This document shows positions 8,461-18,130 of a DNA stretch of 64,000 bases, one piece after another. Position 1 is the stretch's first letter; each line of letters begins with the position of its first letter. A program made the translations under genes and the position numbers. The DNA lies in contig OZ244207.1 in assembly GCA_965216875.1 (NCBI GenBank), positions 768,001 to 832,000 of the forward strand, in the 5' to 3' direction. Below the pieces are notes generated by a model. That model was not told the origin of the DNA, did no database searches, and worked only from the letters and a program-made list of their open reading frames with translations. This DNA is from Rubripirellula sp. (lineage in GTDB: Bacteria > Planctomycetota > Planctomycetia > Pirellulales > Pirellulaceae).

Positions 8461-10359
8461 ATGTTGCAACGATTGCCCCGTCTTATTTGTTGTTCTGCCT
8501 TTCTAGCATTGACCCTCGCAGCGCCGGCGGCCAATGAGGCACAGGCGGACAACATTTTGTTGTTGATTGCCGATGACTATGGAGTCGATTCGTGTGGCCT
8601 CTACTCAGGAGTTGGCGCAGCACCCACGCCGAACATCGACGCGCTCGCATCATCGGGTGTTCGCTTCACCAATTTCTGGGCCAACCCGATTTGCTCACCA
8701 ACACGTGCCGCGATCCTCACCGGACGACACGGGTTTCGAACGGGCGTTGGAAGTCCAACCGGCAACTCTGCCATTGGGCTCGACGAATACTCGATCGCCG
8801 CTGCACTGGGTGAAGCCGGATATCACACGGCGTGTATCGGCAAGTGGCATCTTCAAGGACCCAACAATGGTCGCGGAATGAATCCCAACTTGATGGGATT
8901 CGACGACTACATGGGCAGCCTTGGTGGCGGTGTGCCCGATTACTTTGCCTGGACAAAGAACGTAAACGGCACCTCTTCGCCCGAATCGGATTACGTCACC
9001 AGCGTCACCGTCGACGATGCGATCAATTGGATCGGTGCCAAAGGAACCGAGCCTTGGTTTTGTTGGGTGGCCTTCAACGCGCCCCACACACCCTTTCATT
9101 TGCCGCCCACCGATCTTCACAGTTACGACACACTATCCGGTGATGCGGCTGACATCAGTGCGAATCCGCTGCCCTACTACCAAGCGATGGTCGAATCACT
9201 CGACACCGAAATCGGACGGTTGCTTGGGTCGATCGATTCGAATGTTCTCGCCGAGACAACAGTTATCTTCATTGGTGACAATGGCACGCCAGCGCAGGTT
9301 GCCACCGACTTTGAACGCGGCAACAAAGGGCAGCTGTTTCAAGGTGGCGTCCATGTTCCTTGCATCATGTCGGGTGTCGGTGTGATGCCACCCCTTAATC
9401 GTACGCACGATGCTCTTGCGCACGTGGTCGATCTCTTCGACACGATTGCCGAGCTAGCGGGAATTGATACCACCAATGAGTTGCCAGGCGGCGTCCATAT
9501 CGATTCCAAATCGATGGCGGGTTATTTGCTCGATGCAAACCTCCCGAGTGCCCACCACATCGCATTTGCCGAACGTTTTACCGTCGATGGAGCAAACCAA
9601 GATGGCAAGGCGGTCCGAAACGAGCGCTACAAATTGCTAAGGCTCGATAACGGCAATGAACGGTTTTATGACTTGCAAAGCGATCCGTTGGAGTCCACCA
9701 ATTTGCCGATCGGCAATCAGGGTGGCGACCGCGCCTTGAACTATGCAGAACTTTCGGCGTTTCTTGACAACCTCTTGGCGTCTCCGGCTGCACCCACGGT
9801 CGAGCACGTTGCAATCAATCAGGACGACGCTCAGCGATCGGTATTGACCGAGCTGACGCTTCATTTCGATAGTTCGGTCGGCATTGACGATTCCGCCGGT
9901 TCGCCATTCTCTATAGTGAATCGAGCGACCGCCGAAGTGGTCAATCATGAGATGGTCGAGACACGGGATGATGGAAAAACCGAAGTCACTCTTTCGTTTA
10001 CGGCTGGTCCCTCGGTAATCGAACGCGGCGCAATGCCCGCGACGCTGGCCGATGGGGAATACGAAATCTCAATCGACGGAACGTTGATCAACCGCGACAC
10101 GAAAACACTTGACGGGGATGGAGATGGTGCCGAAGGGGGCACGTTCGTCTTCGGGAATCTCTCGACGGACAATTTCTTTCGCCGATACGGTGACGGTAAC
10201 GGCAGCGGTATCGTCGACCTGTTTGACTTTGCGATGTTCCGGAGCACGTTTGGACGCGTTGCCAGCGATCCAAATTTCTTGCACTACTTTGACGCTGATG
10301 GATCAGGACGCATTGACCTGTTTGACTTCGCCGCGTTCCGCGCAAATTTCGGCAACTAG
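8461..10359 (+). CDS. Secreted Cys-type sulfatase with a C-terminal dockerin-like extracellular domain
   Basis: NILLLIADD, CSPTRAAILTG, GKWHL, GDNG; C-terminal paired Ca-binding repeats GDGNGSGIVDLFDF and DADGSGRIDLFDF. Confidence 0.9.
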   Translation: MLQRLPRLICCSAFLALTLAAPAANEAQADNILLLIADDYGVDSCGLYSGVGAAPTPNIDALASSGVRFTNFWANPICSPTRAAILTGRHGFRTGVGSPTGNSAIGLDEYSIAAALGEAGYHTACIGKWHLQGPNNGRGMNPNLMGFDDYMGSLGGGVPDYFAWTKNVNGTSSPESDYVTSVTVDDAINWIGAKGTEPWFCWVAFNAPHTPFHLPPTDLHSYDTLSGDAADISANPLPYYQAMVESLDTEIGRLLGSIDSNVLAETTVIFIGDNGTPAQVATDFERGNKGQLFQGGVHVPCIMSGVGVMPPLNRTHDALAHVVDLFDTIAELAGIDTTNELPGGVHIDSKSMAGYLLDANLPSAHHIAFAERFTVDGANQDGKAVRNERYKLLRLDNGNERFYDLQSDPLESTNLPIGNQGGDRALNYAELSAFLDNLLASPAAPTVEHVAINQDDAQRSVLTELTLHFDSSVGIDDSAGSPFSIVNRATAEVVNHEMVETRDDGKTEVTLSFTAGPSVIERGAMPATLADGEYEISIDGTLINRDTKTLDGDGDGAEGGTFVFGNLSTDNFFRRYGDGNGSGIVDLFDFAMFRSTFGRVASDPNFLHYFDADGSGRIDLFDFAAFRANFGN

Positions 10360-10375
10360 TCCTGCGCTCCAACAA

Positions 10376-10420
10376 TCACCCTCCCGCTTGCGGGAGGGTC
10401 GGACGCAAAGTCCGGGGAGG
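10376..10420. repeat. Intergenic double-hairpin REP-like element
   Basis: ACCCTCCCGC-TT-GCGGGAGGGT followed by CGGAC...GTCCG and GGGAGGG, between convergent genes. Confidence 0.55.
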
Positions 10421-10456
10421 GAATAGCGGTTGCGGGGGGCGTTGTTTTGAGCCGCA

Positions 10457-10529
10457 GGGACTCGTGGCCTCGTCCACGACGAGGTGCACTCGAATTGGGG
10501 ACTCGTGGCCTCGTCCACTACCAGGTGCG
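10457..10529 (+). repeat. Short direct repeat (about 31 bp, two copies)
   Basis: GGGACTCGTGGCCTCGTCCAC(G/T)AC(G/C)AGGTGC at about 10457 and 10498; degenerate third copy near 10543. Confidence 0.7.
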
Positions 10530-10571
10530 TTTGAATTTCTGGGGGGCTCGTGGATTTGTCCGCCACGCGGG

Positions 10572-12389
10572 CTAGAGCGACTTGAGGTATTCGATCAGGT
10601 CGGCAACTTCAGCGTCTGTCAGCTTGCCATCTCCGTTGACTTTCTCGGGAGCATGCAAATCGGTGACGACACGATGTAACGTCTTGGCCCGACCGGTGTG
10701 AAGCAACCGGCGTTTGCGATAGACGCCGACCAAAGTTGGTGTGTTGTAGCCTTCGTAGTAGTCGTCGACCGAACCGAGGCCGACATCATGTATCTGGCCA
10801 TCGCTATAGAACTTGCCGTGGTGACAGTCGGCACATCCGGTCTTGGAGCTTTCAAAAAGTAGCTTGCCACGTTTGGCTGCCGCTGAAAGCTCGCCCGATT
10901 CTAGAAAAGGATTGGGCGGCACTTCGAGGGAATCGAGAAAGGCGATCAGTTCCTTCTTTTCGTTGGCCGTGGGAGCCTTGCCGATCATCGTCGATGTGAA
11001 CGACTTGTGCATCGCATCGTCGAGGTTTTGCTGCCAGCCGTGCCAGGTCCACGGTCCTGTCTTGCTGACGTTGTGAAGAGGCAACACCGTCTTGAGTGTC
11101 ATCTCCGTGCCGTCGTTCATCGTGTCCATCGGCCGTGAGTTGATGCCGCCATTTTGGTGACAGGAATGGCAGCTGTACCATTGATCGAGGCTTCGAGTGC
11201 CATCGTAAAACAATGCCATGCCTTTGCGGTCAGGCGTTTGGGCACCAGCGCCTAGAGAGATCTCATTGACAACCGATCCACTTTCGATGTCAACCTGCTG
11301 CACGGAATTACGCAAGTAGTTTGCCACGAACACCGTTTGATTGTCCGCAGCATGCGCAAGCCCCATTGGGCGGCCACCCACGGGAACTCGGCGAAAACGA
11401 TTGCGATCGTTTTCGAGGCGGCGATCAATCAAATCGCCAGGACCGCCGGTGGAAACAAAGGGAAGATCCGGCAAGCGATACACCAACAGTTCGTGCGTTC
11501 CCGATGCCGAGGCGACGAGCGATTGGCCATCGGGACTGATCGACAGACCAAGCGGGTCGGCGACCGCTTTGCGAGGCACATCAAGAGAAATCGCTTCACG
11601 GTACGAAGGACCATCCAAGCGGACTCGCCCAATACGGCTCGCCAACACCCAACCGCGTCGGATGTTGCCGACGGTGATTGGATTGGTTCGATAGACCATC
11701 CATGTGAAATAGGCGTATTGCCCATCCGCGCTGGTCAACATGTGACCAAGATTGATTCCGTTGGCCAGCGGTTCGCTGTAGAGTTCTTCGCCCGATTCTG
11801 TATCAAGCACGACGATGTCGGCATCACCACTGCAGCCAACGGCGAGACGGCGACCATCCTTTGAAAGGGTAAGGTACTTGGGCCAATGGCCAACATCGAT
11901 GTAACGACGAACCGTTGCCGATCCCCAGTCAATTTCTGCGACCTGGCCGCTGGCGACTAAGCCAACAAAGGCCGTATGACCTTTGGACGCAACAGCGATT
12001 CCAGTTGGCTCGAACCCCACATCGACGTCCGCGACCTTGGCCAACTTTTTGTCGTCAATTCGCAACACGTGAAGCTTGCCGTCCCACGCCGTCGTTACCA
12101 ACACATGCTGCCCGTCGGGACAGCACACGATGTCGGCGGGGTGATCGCCGAGACGGATCTCATCGACCACTTTGCCTTGGGCAGTGCCAACCAAGCTGAC
12201 GCTGCCGGAGGTTTCATTTGCGGTGACGAGCCAGCGGCCGTCTTGCGAAAGTGCAAGATCGACCGGCGAACGGTGGATGTCTGCGGCGAGTGGACCAGAT
12301 CCTGCTCGGCTGCGTGGTACCGGCATCACTGCCATCGCGAGCAAAAGGAAGCAGACCAGACGTGGACTTCGAATCATGTTTTTCTCCAT
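10572..12389 (-). CDS. YVTN-type beta-propeller fused to a di-heme cytochrome c (cytochrome c peroxidase-like)
   Basis: Signal peptide, repeated propeller blades, two CxxCH motifs (SCHSCH, GCADCH), TGPWTWHG, DLIEYLKSL; start is 12389 or 12377. Confidence 0.85.
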   Translation of the reverse strand: MEKNMIRSPRLVCFLLLAMAVMPVPRSRAGSGPLAADIHRSPVDLALSQDGRWLVTANETSGSVSLVGTAQGKVVDEIRLGDHPADIVCCPDGQHVLVTTAWDGKLHVLRIDDKKLAKVADVDVGFEPTGIAVASKGHTAFVGLVASGQVAEIDWGSATVRRYIDVGHWPKYLTLSKDGRRLAVGCSGDADIVVLDTESGEELYSEPLANGINLGHMLTSADGQYAYFTWMVYRTNPITVGNIRRGWVLASRIGRVRLDGPSYREAISLDVPRKAVADPLGLSISPDGQSLVASASGTHELLVYRLPDLPFVSTGGPGDLIDRRLENDRNRFRRVPVGGRPMGLAHAADNQTVFVANYLRNSVQQVDIESGSVVNEISLGAGAQTPDRKGMALFYDGTRSLDQWYSCHSCHQNGGINSRPMDTMNDGTEMTLKTVLPLHNVSKTGPWTWHGWQQNLDDAMHKSFTSTMIGKAPTANEKKELIAFLDSLEVPPNPFLESGELSAAAKRGKLLFESSKTGCADCHHGKFYSDGQIHDVGLGSVDDYYEGYNTPTLVGVYRKRRLLHTGRAKTLHRVVTDLHAPEKVNGDGKLTDAEVADLIEYLKSL

Positions 12390-12765
12390 AGCCAAATCAT
12401 CGTACTTGATTGGCGACAGAGCAGAAGGTTCCGCCTCGATTGAATCGTTTGGTATCAGGAAGAGTTGAACGAGCTCGCATAACGGCGCAAAACGTCCTCA
12501 TTTCGGGTGGGTGAAGAAAACGAAAAAAATCCGATTTTCGCTCCGCAGTTGCGGCGGGCTTGTTTGCGATCCGTCTATCATTCCCGTAGCATGACGCGGA
12601 GAATTTGCGGACCAATGTCGCCGACGGAACACTCAGCTGAGGCTCGCTCAGCTTTTTCAAATTCAACCGATCCATCAGCCCATTGACGCGGTTCTATCGA
12701 GATGCCTTCCTGAATTCATGCATGTGGCATGATTTGAACCCAAACTCTCCTGAAAAGGACCTCCC

Positions 12766-13344
12766 GTGAAGAATCTTTCTCTTTCTGTTTTGAGCTTGTC
12801 GCTGGCGTTCGCGCTGACTGCATCGGCTACGGTTTCGGCGGACGATGGCTTGAAAAGCGGTCCGCAAAGCGGCGACAAGATTGGCGCTTTCTACGTCACC
12901 AAGATTGCTGGTGCCGAAGAGGATGGCGTGAAAGAAGGTAAGAACCTTTGTTATCGCTGCAAGAATGGCCAACGCCCACAAGTGATGGTCTTCACTCGCT
13001 CGACCGACAAGAAGGTGCAAGAACTGCTCAGCAAGTTGGACAAAGCCATCGACGAAAACGAGTCGTCGCAGCTTCGCGTGTTCGTCAACGTTCTTGGCGA
13101 AGACAAAGACGATGTTGCTGATTCGTGCAAGAAACTCGCTTCGAGCAGCAAGGCGAAGAACATTCCTTTCGTTTTGCCCAACGAATTCGAAAACGGTCCT
13201 GACAACTACGGCATCAACGCAAAAGCTGACGTGACCATCACGATGGCAAGCGAGTCGAGCGTCAAGGTGAGCCACGCGTTCGCCAAAGCAGGCGACCTGA
13301 ACGTCGACGGCGTCATCGAAGATCTCACAAAGATCCTCAACTAG
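12766..13344 (+). CDS. Exported hypothetical protein, probable thioredoxin-like fold
   Basis: AAGGA RBS, signal peptide, CYRC (CxxC) motif, strong terminator downstream. Confidence 0.78.
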   Translation: MKNLSLSVLSLSLAFALTASATVSADDGLKSGPQSGDKIGAFYVTKIAGAEEDGVKEGKNLCYRCKNGQRPQVMVFTRSTDKKVQELLSKLDKAIDENESSQLRVFVNVLGEDKDDVADSCKKLASSSKAKNIPFVLPNEFENGPDNYGINAKADVTITMASESSVKVSHAFAKAGDLNVDGVIEDLTKILN

Positions 13345-13370
13345 ACCCGAAGTCTTCTGAGATCCAATCG

Positions 13371-13404
13371 AAAACGCGGTGTCAGATTTGACACCGCGTT
13401 TTTT
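13371..13404 (+). terminator. Intrinsic terminator, likely bidirectional
   Basis: AAAACGCGGTGTCA-GATT-TGACACCGCGTTTTTT. Confidence 0.85.
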
Positions 13405-13420
13405 CGTTGAGTTGCGACTC

Positions 13421-13488
13421 GTGAGCCGCTGGCCGCCAGGCCTCGGGCCCTTGCCTTCGCCGTGAGCCGAACGCGCTAGCGTCGGGCC
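13421..13488 (+). repeat. Two family-B REP-like elements
   Basis: Variant GTGAGCCG...CGGGCC at 13421-13449 and canonical copy at 13462-13488. Confidence 0.7.
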
Positions 13489-13517
13489 CTTGGGAATCCT
13501 GCTCAGCGCTCGACCGA

Positions 13518-13590
13518 CGGTGCGTGCAAGCACACACCCTACTTGTTAGCGCTTCGGTGCGTGCAAGCACACACACCCTACTTGTTAGCG
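13518..13590 (-). repeat. Tandem pair of GTAG-type REP elements
   Basis: CGGTGCGTGCAAGCACAC(AC)ACCCTACTTGTTAGCG occurs twice; the minus strand reads GTAGGGTGTGTGCTTGCACGCAC. Confidence 0.75.
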
Positions 13591-15651
13591 TCCGATTGAA
13601 TCGGCGAGTTTGTTGGCGCCGTAGATCGAACGCAGCGCCTCGATGATGCCGACTCCCGAGACGCTGACCGCGCGACCTTGAATGTCGGAATAGACATAGT
13701 CGCTGGTCAAACTTTGGATGTTTCCATCAAAGATCAAGCCAACGAGTTTGCCCTCGCGATCGACCACGGGCGAACCGCTGTTGCCGCCAATGATGTCTGC
13801 GGTGCAAACAAAGTTCAGCTGAGTGTCGAGATTGACGCTCGACTTGGCGGCCATCCAGGATTCGGGAAGGTCAAAGTCCTTTTGCCCTTTGTGAGCCTCG
13901 GCGTGTGTGTAGGCGCCCGCAAAGTTGGTGGTCGGTTCGATTGTCTGCCCGTCTTCGACATAGCTCTTGACCGTTCCCAATGCCAATCGCAAAGTAAACG
14001 TCGCGTCGGGGTAACCTCCCGTGCCTTCGACTGCTGTGATCGCCTTGGTGATTTCGGCATAAGCTTGCCGTTCGCGTTCTTCGAGCTGTTCCGAAACGGC
14101 GCGGAGTCGACGGTACTCTTGTTCGACCATGATCGCGAGCTTGATCATTGGATCATCGCTGCCGAGCGTCGCGTCATGGCCACCATCGACAAGCGCCTTG
14201 CGGGTGTCGACGTCGGCAAGTTTCGTTCCGTTGACCAATTCGGCGGCCCGTTCACGTGGGCCTTTGCCAGCCAAGACGGCTTGGACCAATTCGTTCTCGG
14301 CCCCACGCAGTTCCGCAAAGCGTGACAGTTCGTCGGCGAGCTTCACTTGTTCCATGTCGGTGTAGATCGGCGCGGGACTCAACAATCCTTGCAGGAGTGA
14401 ATCGCGTCCGGCCGTTGTGTAGCCGCGAAGTCGCTCGGCATCCGGCTTCTGATCCTCTTGAGCGATCAGCAGGATTTGCATTGCGGTGTCAAAAAGCGTG
14501 CTTCGGAAACTGACGGTTTGTCCCAGCAGTTCACGTTTTTCATCCTGGATCTGCTCGATCTCTTTCCACGCGCCTGCCAAGTCGGCGAGTTCTGCGTTGT
14601 CTTTCAACTCGCTAAGGATGTGCTGTTCACGCTTGGCCTTGCCTTCAATCGCCTCGGGTGATTGCAAACCAGCCAGCATGCCTGAATAGGCTTTGCGTGC
14701 GTTTTGAATCCCGAACAATTCATCGCGAGCGCGCCGTGTCGCCTCAACGCCACCAAGGCTGAACTGTTGCATCAAGATCTCTTTACGACGCAAATAGTCG
14801 AGGACATAAGGGATACGATGATCGCGCAAGTACTTCAGCGCTGCGACGGTGTAGATGCGTTGTGTGCGCCCCGGGTTGCCCGAAACGAAAACGAGCTCGC
14901 CTTCGGTCAAGGGTTGGTCGTTCCAGCGAAGGAAGTTGTCGAGTCTGGCCGGTTTGCCATCCTCGTATACCCGCATGATGGTGGCGTCGAGGTTGTAGCG
15001 AGGGTATTCGAAATTGTCGGCGTCGCCCCCAAAGAATGCGGCTGCCGTTTCAGGTGCCCAAACCAATCGAACATCGGTGTATTTCTTGTAGCGATAAAGG
15101 TGATATTGGGCTCCGCCAAAGAGAGTGACGACATCGCTTCGTAGGCCGGTTTGATCGAGCGATTCCTTTTCGATTGTTGCGATCACCGCTCGACGTTGCT
15201 TGGCCGATTCTTCAGCCGACGCGTCGCCACTGACCGCCGCGTTGACTCGATCGGTCACGTTTTCGATCGAGACCAGTTGGTTGAGCTCCAAGTCGGGAGC
15301 CTTCAATTCATCTTCGAGCGATTTGGCCAGCCAGCCGTCATCAATCAGATTTCGCTCCGGTGTGCTCAACTTGTGCAGCGTGTCGCTGGCGACGTGATGG
15401 TTGGTCAACACCAGACCGTCACTCGAAATGAACGAGCCACTGCCGCCGCTGTTAAAGCGAACCGACGACAGACGAAGCTGGTCGGCCCATTCTTGCGTCG
15501 GCTCAAACTGGTGACGTTCTTTGAGCAGCTTGAGCGGCAGGTCGTTGAAGAGGTACATCCCCTCGTCGCCTTGGACGAAGGGGGACGAAAAAGTGGTGAG
15601 CGATGCAAGCATTGCAACGGTAGCCAGTAAACGGTTCATGAGGTGTAACAT
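13585..15651 (-). CDS. S46 family dipeptidyl peptidase
   Basis: DEGMY, LTNHH, DNFEYPRY, YPDATFTLR, catalytic DIIGGNSGSP, FDGN; signal peptide. Confidence 0.93.
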   Translation of the reverse strand: MLHLMNRLLATVAMLASLTTFSSPFVQGDEGMYLFNDLPLKLLKERHQFEPTQEWADQLRLSSVRFNSGGSGSFISSDGLVLTNHHVASDTLHKLSTPERNLIDDGWLAKSLEDELKAPDLELNQLVSIENVTDRVNAAVSGDASAEESAKQRRAVIATIEKESLDQTGLRSDVVTLFGGAQYHLYRYKKYTDVRLVWAPETAAAFFGGDADNFEYPRYNLDATIMRVYEDGKPARLDNFLRWNDQPLTEGELVFVSGNPGRTQRIYTVAALKYLRDHRIPYVLDYLRRKEILMQQFSLGGVEATRRARDELFGIQNARKAYSGMLAGLQSPEAIEGKAKREQHILSELKDNAELADLAGAWKEIEQIQDEKRELLGQTVSFRSTLFDTAMQILLIAQEDQKPDAERLRGYTTAGRDSLLQGLLSPAPIYTDMEQVKLADELSRFAELRGAENELVQAVLAGKGPRERAAELVNGTKLADVDTRKALVDGGHDATLGSDDPMIKLAIMVEQEYRRLRAVSEQLEERERQAYAEITKAITAVEGTGGYPDATFTLRLALGTVKSYVEDGQTIEPTTNFAGAYTHAEAHKGQKDFDLPESWMAAKSSVNLDTQLNFVCTADIIGGNSGSPVVDREGKLVGLIFDGNIQSLTSDYVYSDIQGRAVSVSGVGIIEALRSIYGANKLADSIGR

Positions 15652-15929
15652 TCAAAGTGGGTGTTGAACGCAAAACGAGAAGGCTCGTTTTTACCGCAAT
15701 CCCCGTTCGCCGTCAGCGACGCGGGAGAGATTGAGCAACCTCTGCAACGAAAAAAAGATTCTAGAGTCGCTGTCGGTTTGCTAGCAAACATCATCTTCAC
15801 GGATCTCAACCGATCTGGCGGTCGCGATTCGACCGCCAGTAAACTCCGAGCTGACCAGTCGACTTCGTGCTGGCCAGCAGATTCCACGCTGGCCGCACAG
15901 CAGACTTTGAGAGCGAAGGATCGCCGAAC

Positions 15930-16964
15930 ATGAACCAGGAAGATGGGCCTCGCATTTTGATTTCGCGCATGAGTGCGATTGGCGACGCGATCCTAACGTT
16001 GCCAGTGGCATGCGCTCTGCGAGAAGCGTTTCCCAATGCCTACATCGGTTGGGTTGTCGAGCAGAAGGCGGCGCCGATGGTGCGCGGCCACAAGGCGGTC
16101 GATTCGGTGATCGAACTTGAACGCGGTTGGTTCACTTCGCCGTCGGGAATCCGTCATGCACGTGGCCTGCTGCGAGAGCATCGATTCGAAATCTCGGTTG
16201 ACTGTCAAGGAAACACAAAATCGTCGCTGGCCGGTTGGTTGTCGGGGGCGACAAAGCGCATTGGCTACGCTGGTCGTCATGGTGGCGAATTGAGTCGTGT
16301 GCTCAACAACACCGCCGTCGCACCTGTTTTCACTCATTTGACCGATCGCTCGCTCGAGCTGTTGATTCCGCTTGGAATCGAGACACCAAAGGTTAAGTGG
16401 CACTTGCCTCTAAGTGATGTATCGCGTAGTTGGGCGGCGCGGTGGCGACGCACACTTCCCTCGCCACAGCTTGCGATCTTGAATCCAGGTGGAACGTGGG
16501 ATTCGAAGCTTTGGGAAGCCGATCGGTTTGCCGTGACGGCACGTTACCTGAACGACAACTACGGCTACCAAAGTGCCGTTGTTTGGGGGACGCCCAAGGA
16601 ACGGGAGATGGCCGAGCAGATCGTGAGTCGGTCCAACGGGACGGCAGTGCTCGCACCTGACACAGATCTACACCACTTGGCGGCGATGATCGAAACGGCC
16701 GACTTGTTTGTCAGTGGTGACACTGGTCCGTTACACATGGCGGTTGCTGTGGGAACGGCGACCATTGGTCTTTATGGAGCAACGCGGCCAGGCGATAGCG
16801 GACCCTACGGACAAATCGCGTTGCAAAAAGCGTATGAACAGGGCAGTCGACGCCATCGTCGCAGCGCCGACAACTCGGCGATGCGCGCGATTGAAGTCGA
16901 GCATGTTTGCGAGGCGATCGATCAAGTCGAATCGCGCCGCCGGCTGATGCGTGCAGCGGCTTAG
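15930..16964 (+). CDS. GT9 family glycosyltransferase (ADP-heptose:LPS heptosyltransferase-like)
   Basis: SAIGDAILTLP, DCQG..KS, DTGPLHMAVA motifs. Confidence 0.9.
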   Translation: MNQEDGPRILISRMSAIGDAILTLPVACALREAFPNAYIGWVVEQKAAPMVRGHKAVDSVIELERGWFTSPSGIRHARGLLREHRFEISVDCQGNTKSSLAGWLSGATKRIGYAGRHGGELSRVLNNTAVAPVFTHLTDRSLELLIPLGIETPKVKWHLPLSDVSRSWAARWRRTLPSPQLAILNPGGTWDSKLWEADRFAVTARYLNDNYGYQSAVVWGTPKEREMAEQIVSRSNGTAVLAPDTDLHHLAAMIETADLFVSGDTGPLHMAVAVGTATIGLYGATRPGDSGPYGQIALQKAYEQGSRRHRRSADNSAMRAIEVEHVCEAIDQVESRRRLMRAAA

Positions 16965-17518
16965 CGCGAATGTGGTCGGTGACTTAGGAAGCCTGCGTGG
17001 CCTCGTTTTGCGTCACCTGCGGGCGTCATTCAAGGATCGCTCGCTTCCGTTGCTCGCCGATCGGCTTTCATTATTTGTCAGCCAACGTTAACTATGGTTG
17101 TGTGTTGAGAGCAATTCACCGAAGTTCGATTGTGGACTCACGCAGTTTTGCGAGTTAGTGCGTAACCACCCCTGGTCAATTTGGCGACAGATTATCAAAG
17201 TGCCTGCGTCTGACCTTTACCCCCCAAATGCACGGGGATCGTTGTCGTTTCCCCGTAAGTTCTTTTGCAACAGACGTTGTTGCGAAACGTTTGCAACAGC
17301 GAAGCAGATTCTTTTTTGCTCTGCGGTTGCGGGAAACCACACGCTGGTTGGTTTGATCGGTTAGAATCTTGGCCCTAACGAGCGAATCACTTGGATTCAC
17401 AGGGCGCAGCTCATTAGCCAGAGCACTCCGAGGCGGAAAACGAGTGCGAAGGTTGATGCGTGACCTACCGATTCGGTCGTGAGTTACAACGTCTGCTTGA
17501 ATTTGAGTGTGGGCAGTC

Positions 17519-18130
17519 ATGTTCGAAAACGCCACTGTTTTTGTTGTCGATGATGATGACCAGGCGCGCGATTCCGTCTGTGCGTTGATTCGATCCATGA
17601 ATCTCAAGGCTGAATCTTTCGCTTCTGGCGAAGATTTCCTTGCGGCATATACGGATAACCGTCCTGGGTGTCTGGTGACCGACCTCCGGATGCTTGGAAT
17701 GAGCGGTCTGGAGTTACAAGAAGAACTCATACGGCGAGGGGTGACCCTGCCGGTGATCGTGATTACGGCGCACCCGAGGACGTCTTTGACCGTTCGGGCG
17801 ATGCGCCATGGCGCAGTCACGTTGCTGGAAAAGCCGTACGAGGACAATGACCTTTGGGATGCGATTCGCGAGGCGATTGTCCGCGATGAGACGCAACGAG
17901 CCGAGAGCGTCAAACGCCAAGACGTCCTTCAGAAAATTGAATCGCTCAACGACAAAGAAAAGGTCGTGATGGATCTGATCGTCGAGGGCTTGGCCAACAA
18001 GGTGATTGCCAAACGCCTGGATGTCTCCATTCGCACCGTCGAAAGTCGCCGTCACGACGTCTTTGAGAAGATGGAAGCCGACTCGCTTGCCGACTTGGTC
18101 AAGATGGCCGTCCTAGCGCGCGGCGATTAG
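17519..18130 (+). CDS. FixJ-type response regulator (receiver plus LuxR HTH)
   Basis: VFVVDDD, CLVTDLRM, ITAH, LLEKP, NKVIAKRLDVSIRTVE; no cognate kinase in the window. Confidence 0.92.
   Translation: MFENATVFVVDDDDQARDSVCALIRSMNLKAESFASGEDFLAAYTDNRPGCLVTDLRMLGMSGLELQEELIRRGVTLPVIVITAHPRTSLTVRAMRHGAVTLLEKPYEDNDLWDAIREAIVRDETQRAESVKRQDVLQKIESLNDKEKVVMDLIVEGLANKVIAKRLDVSIRTVESRRHDVFEKMEADSLADLVKMAVLARGD

Noticed and set aside
17176..17913. 245-aa minus-strand ORF
   Set aside because: Mostly antisense to the response regulator, Ser/Arg-rich and without recognisable motifs.
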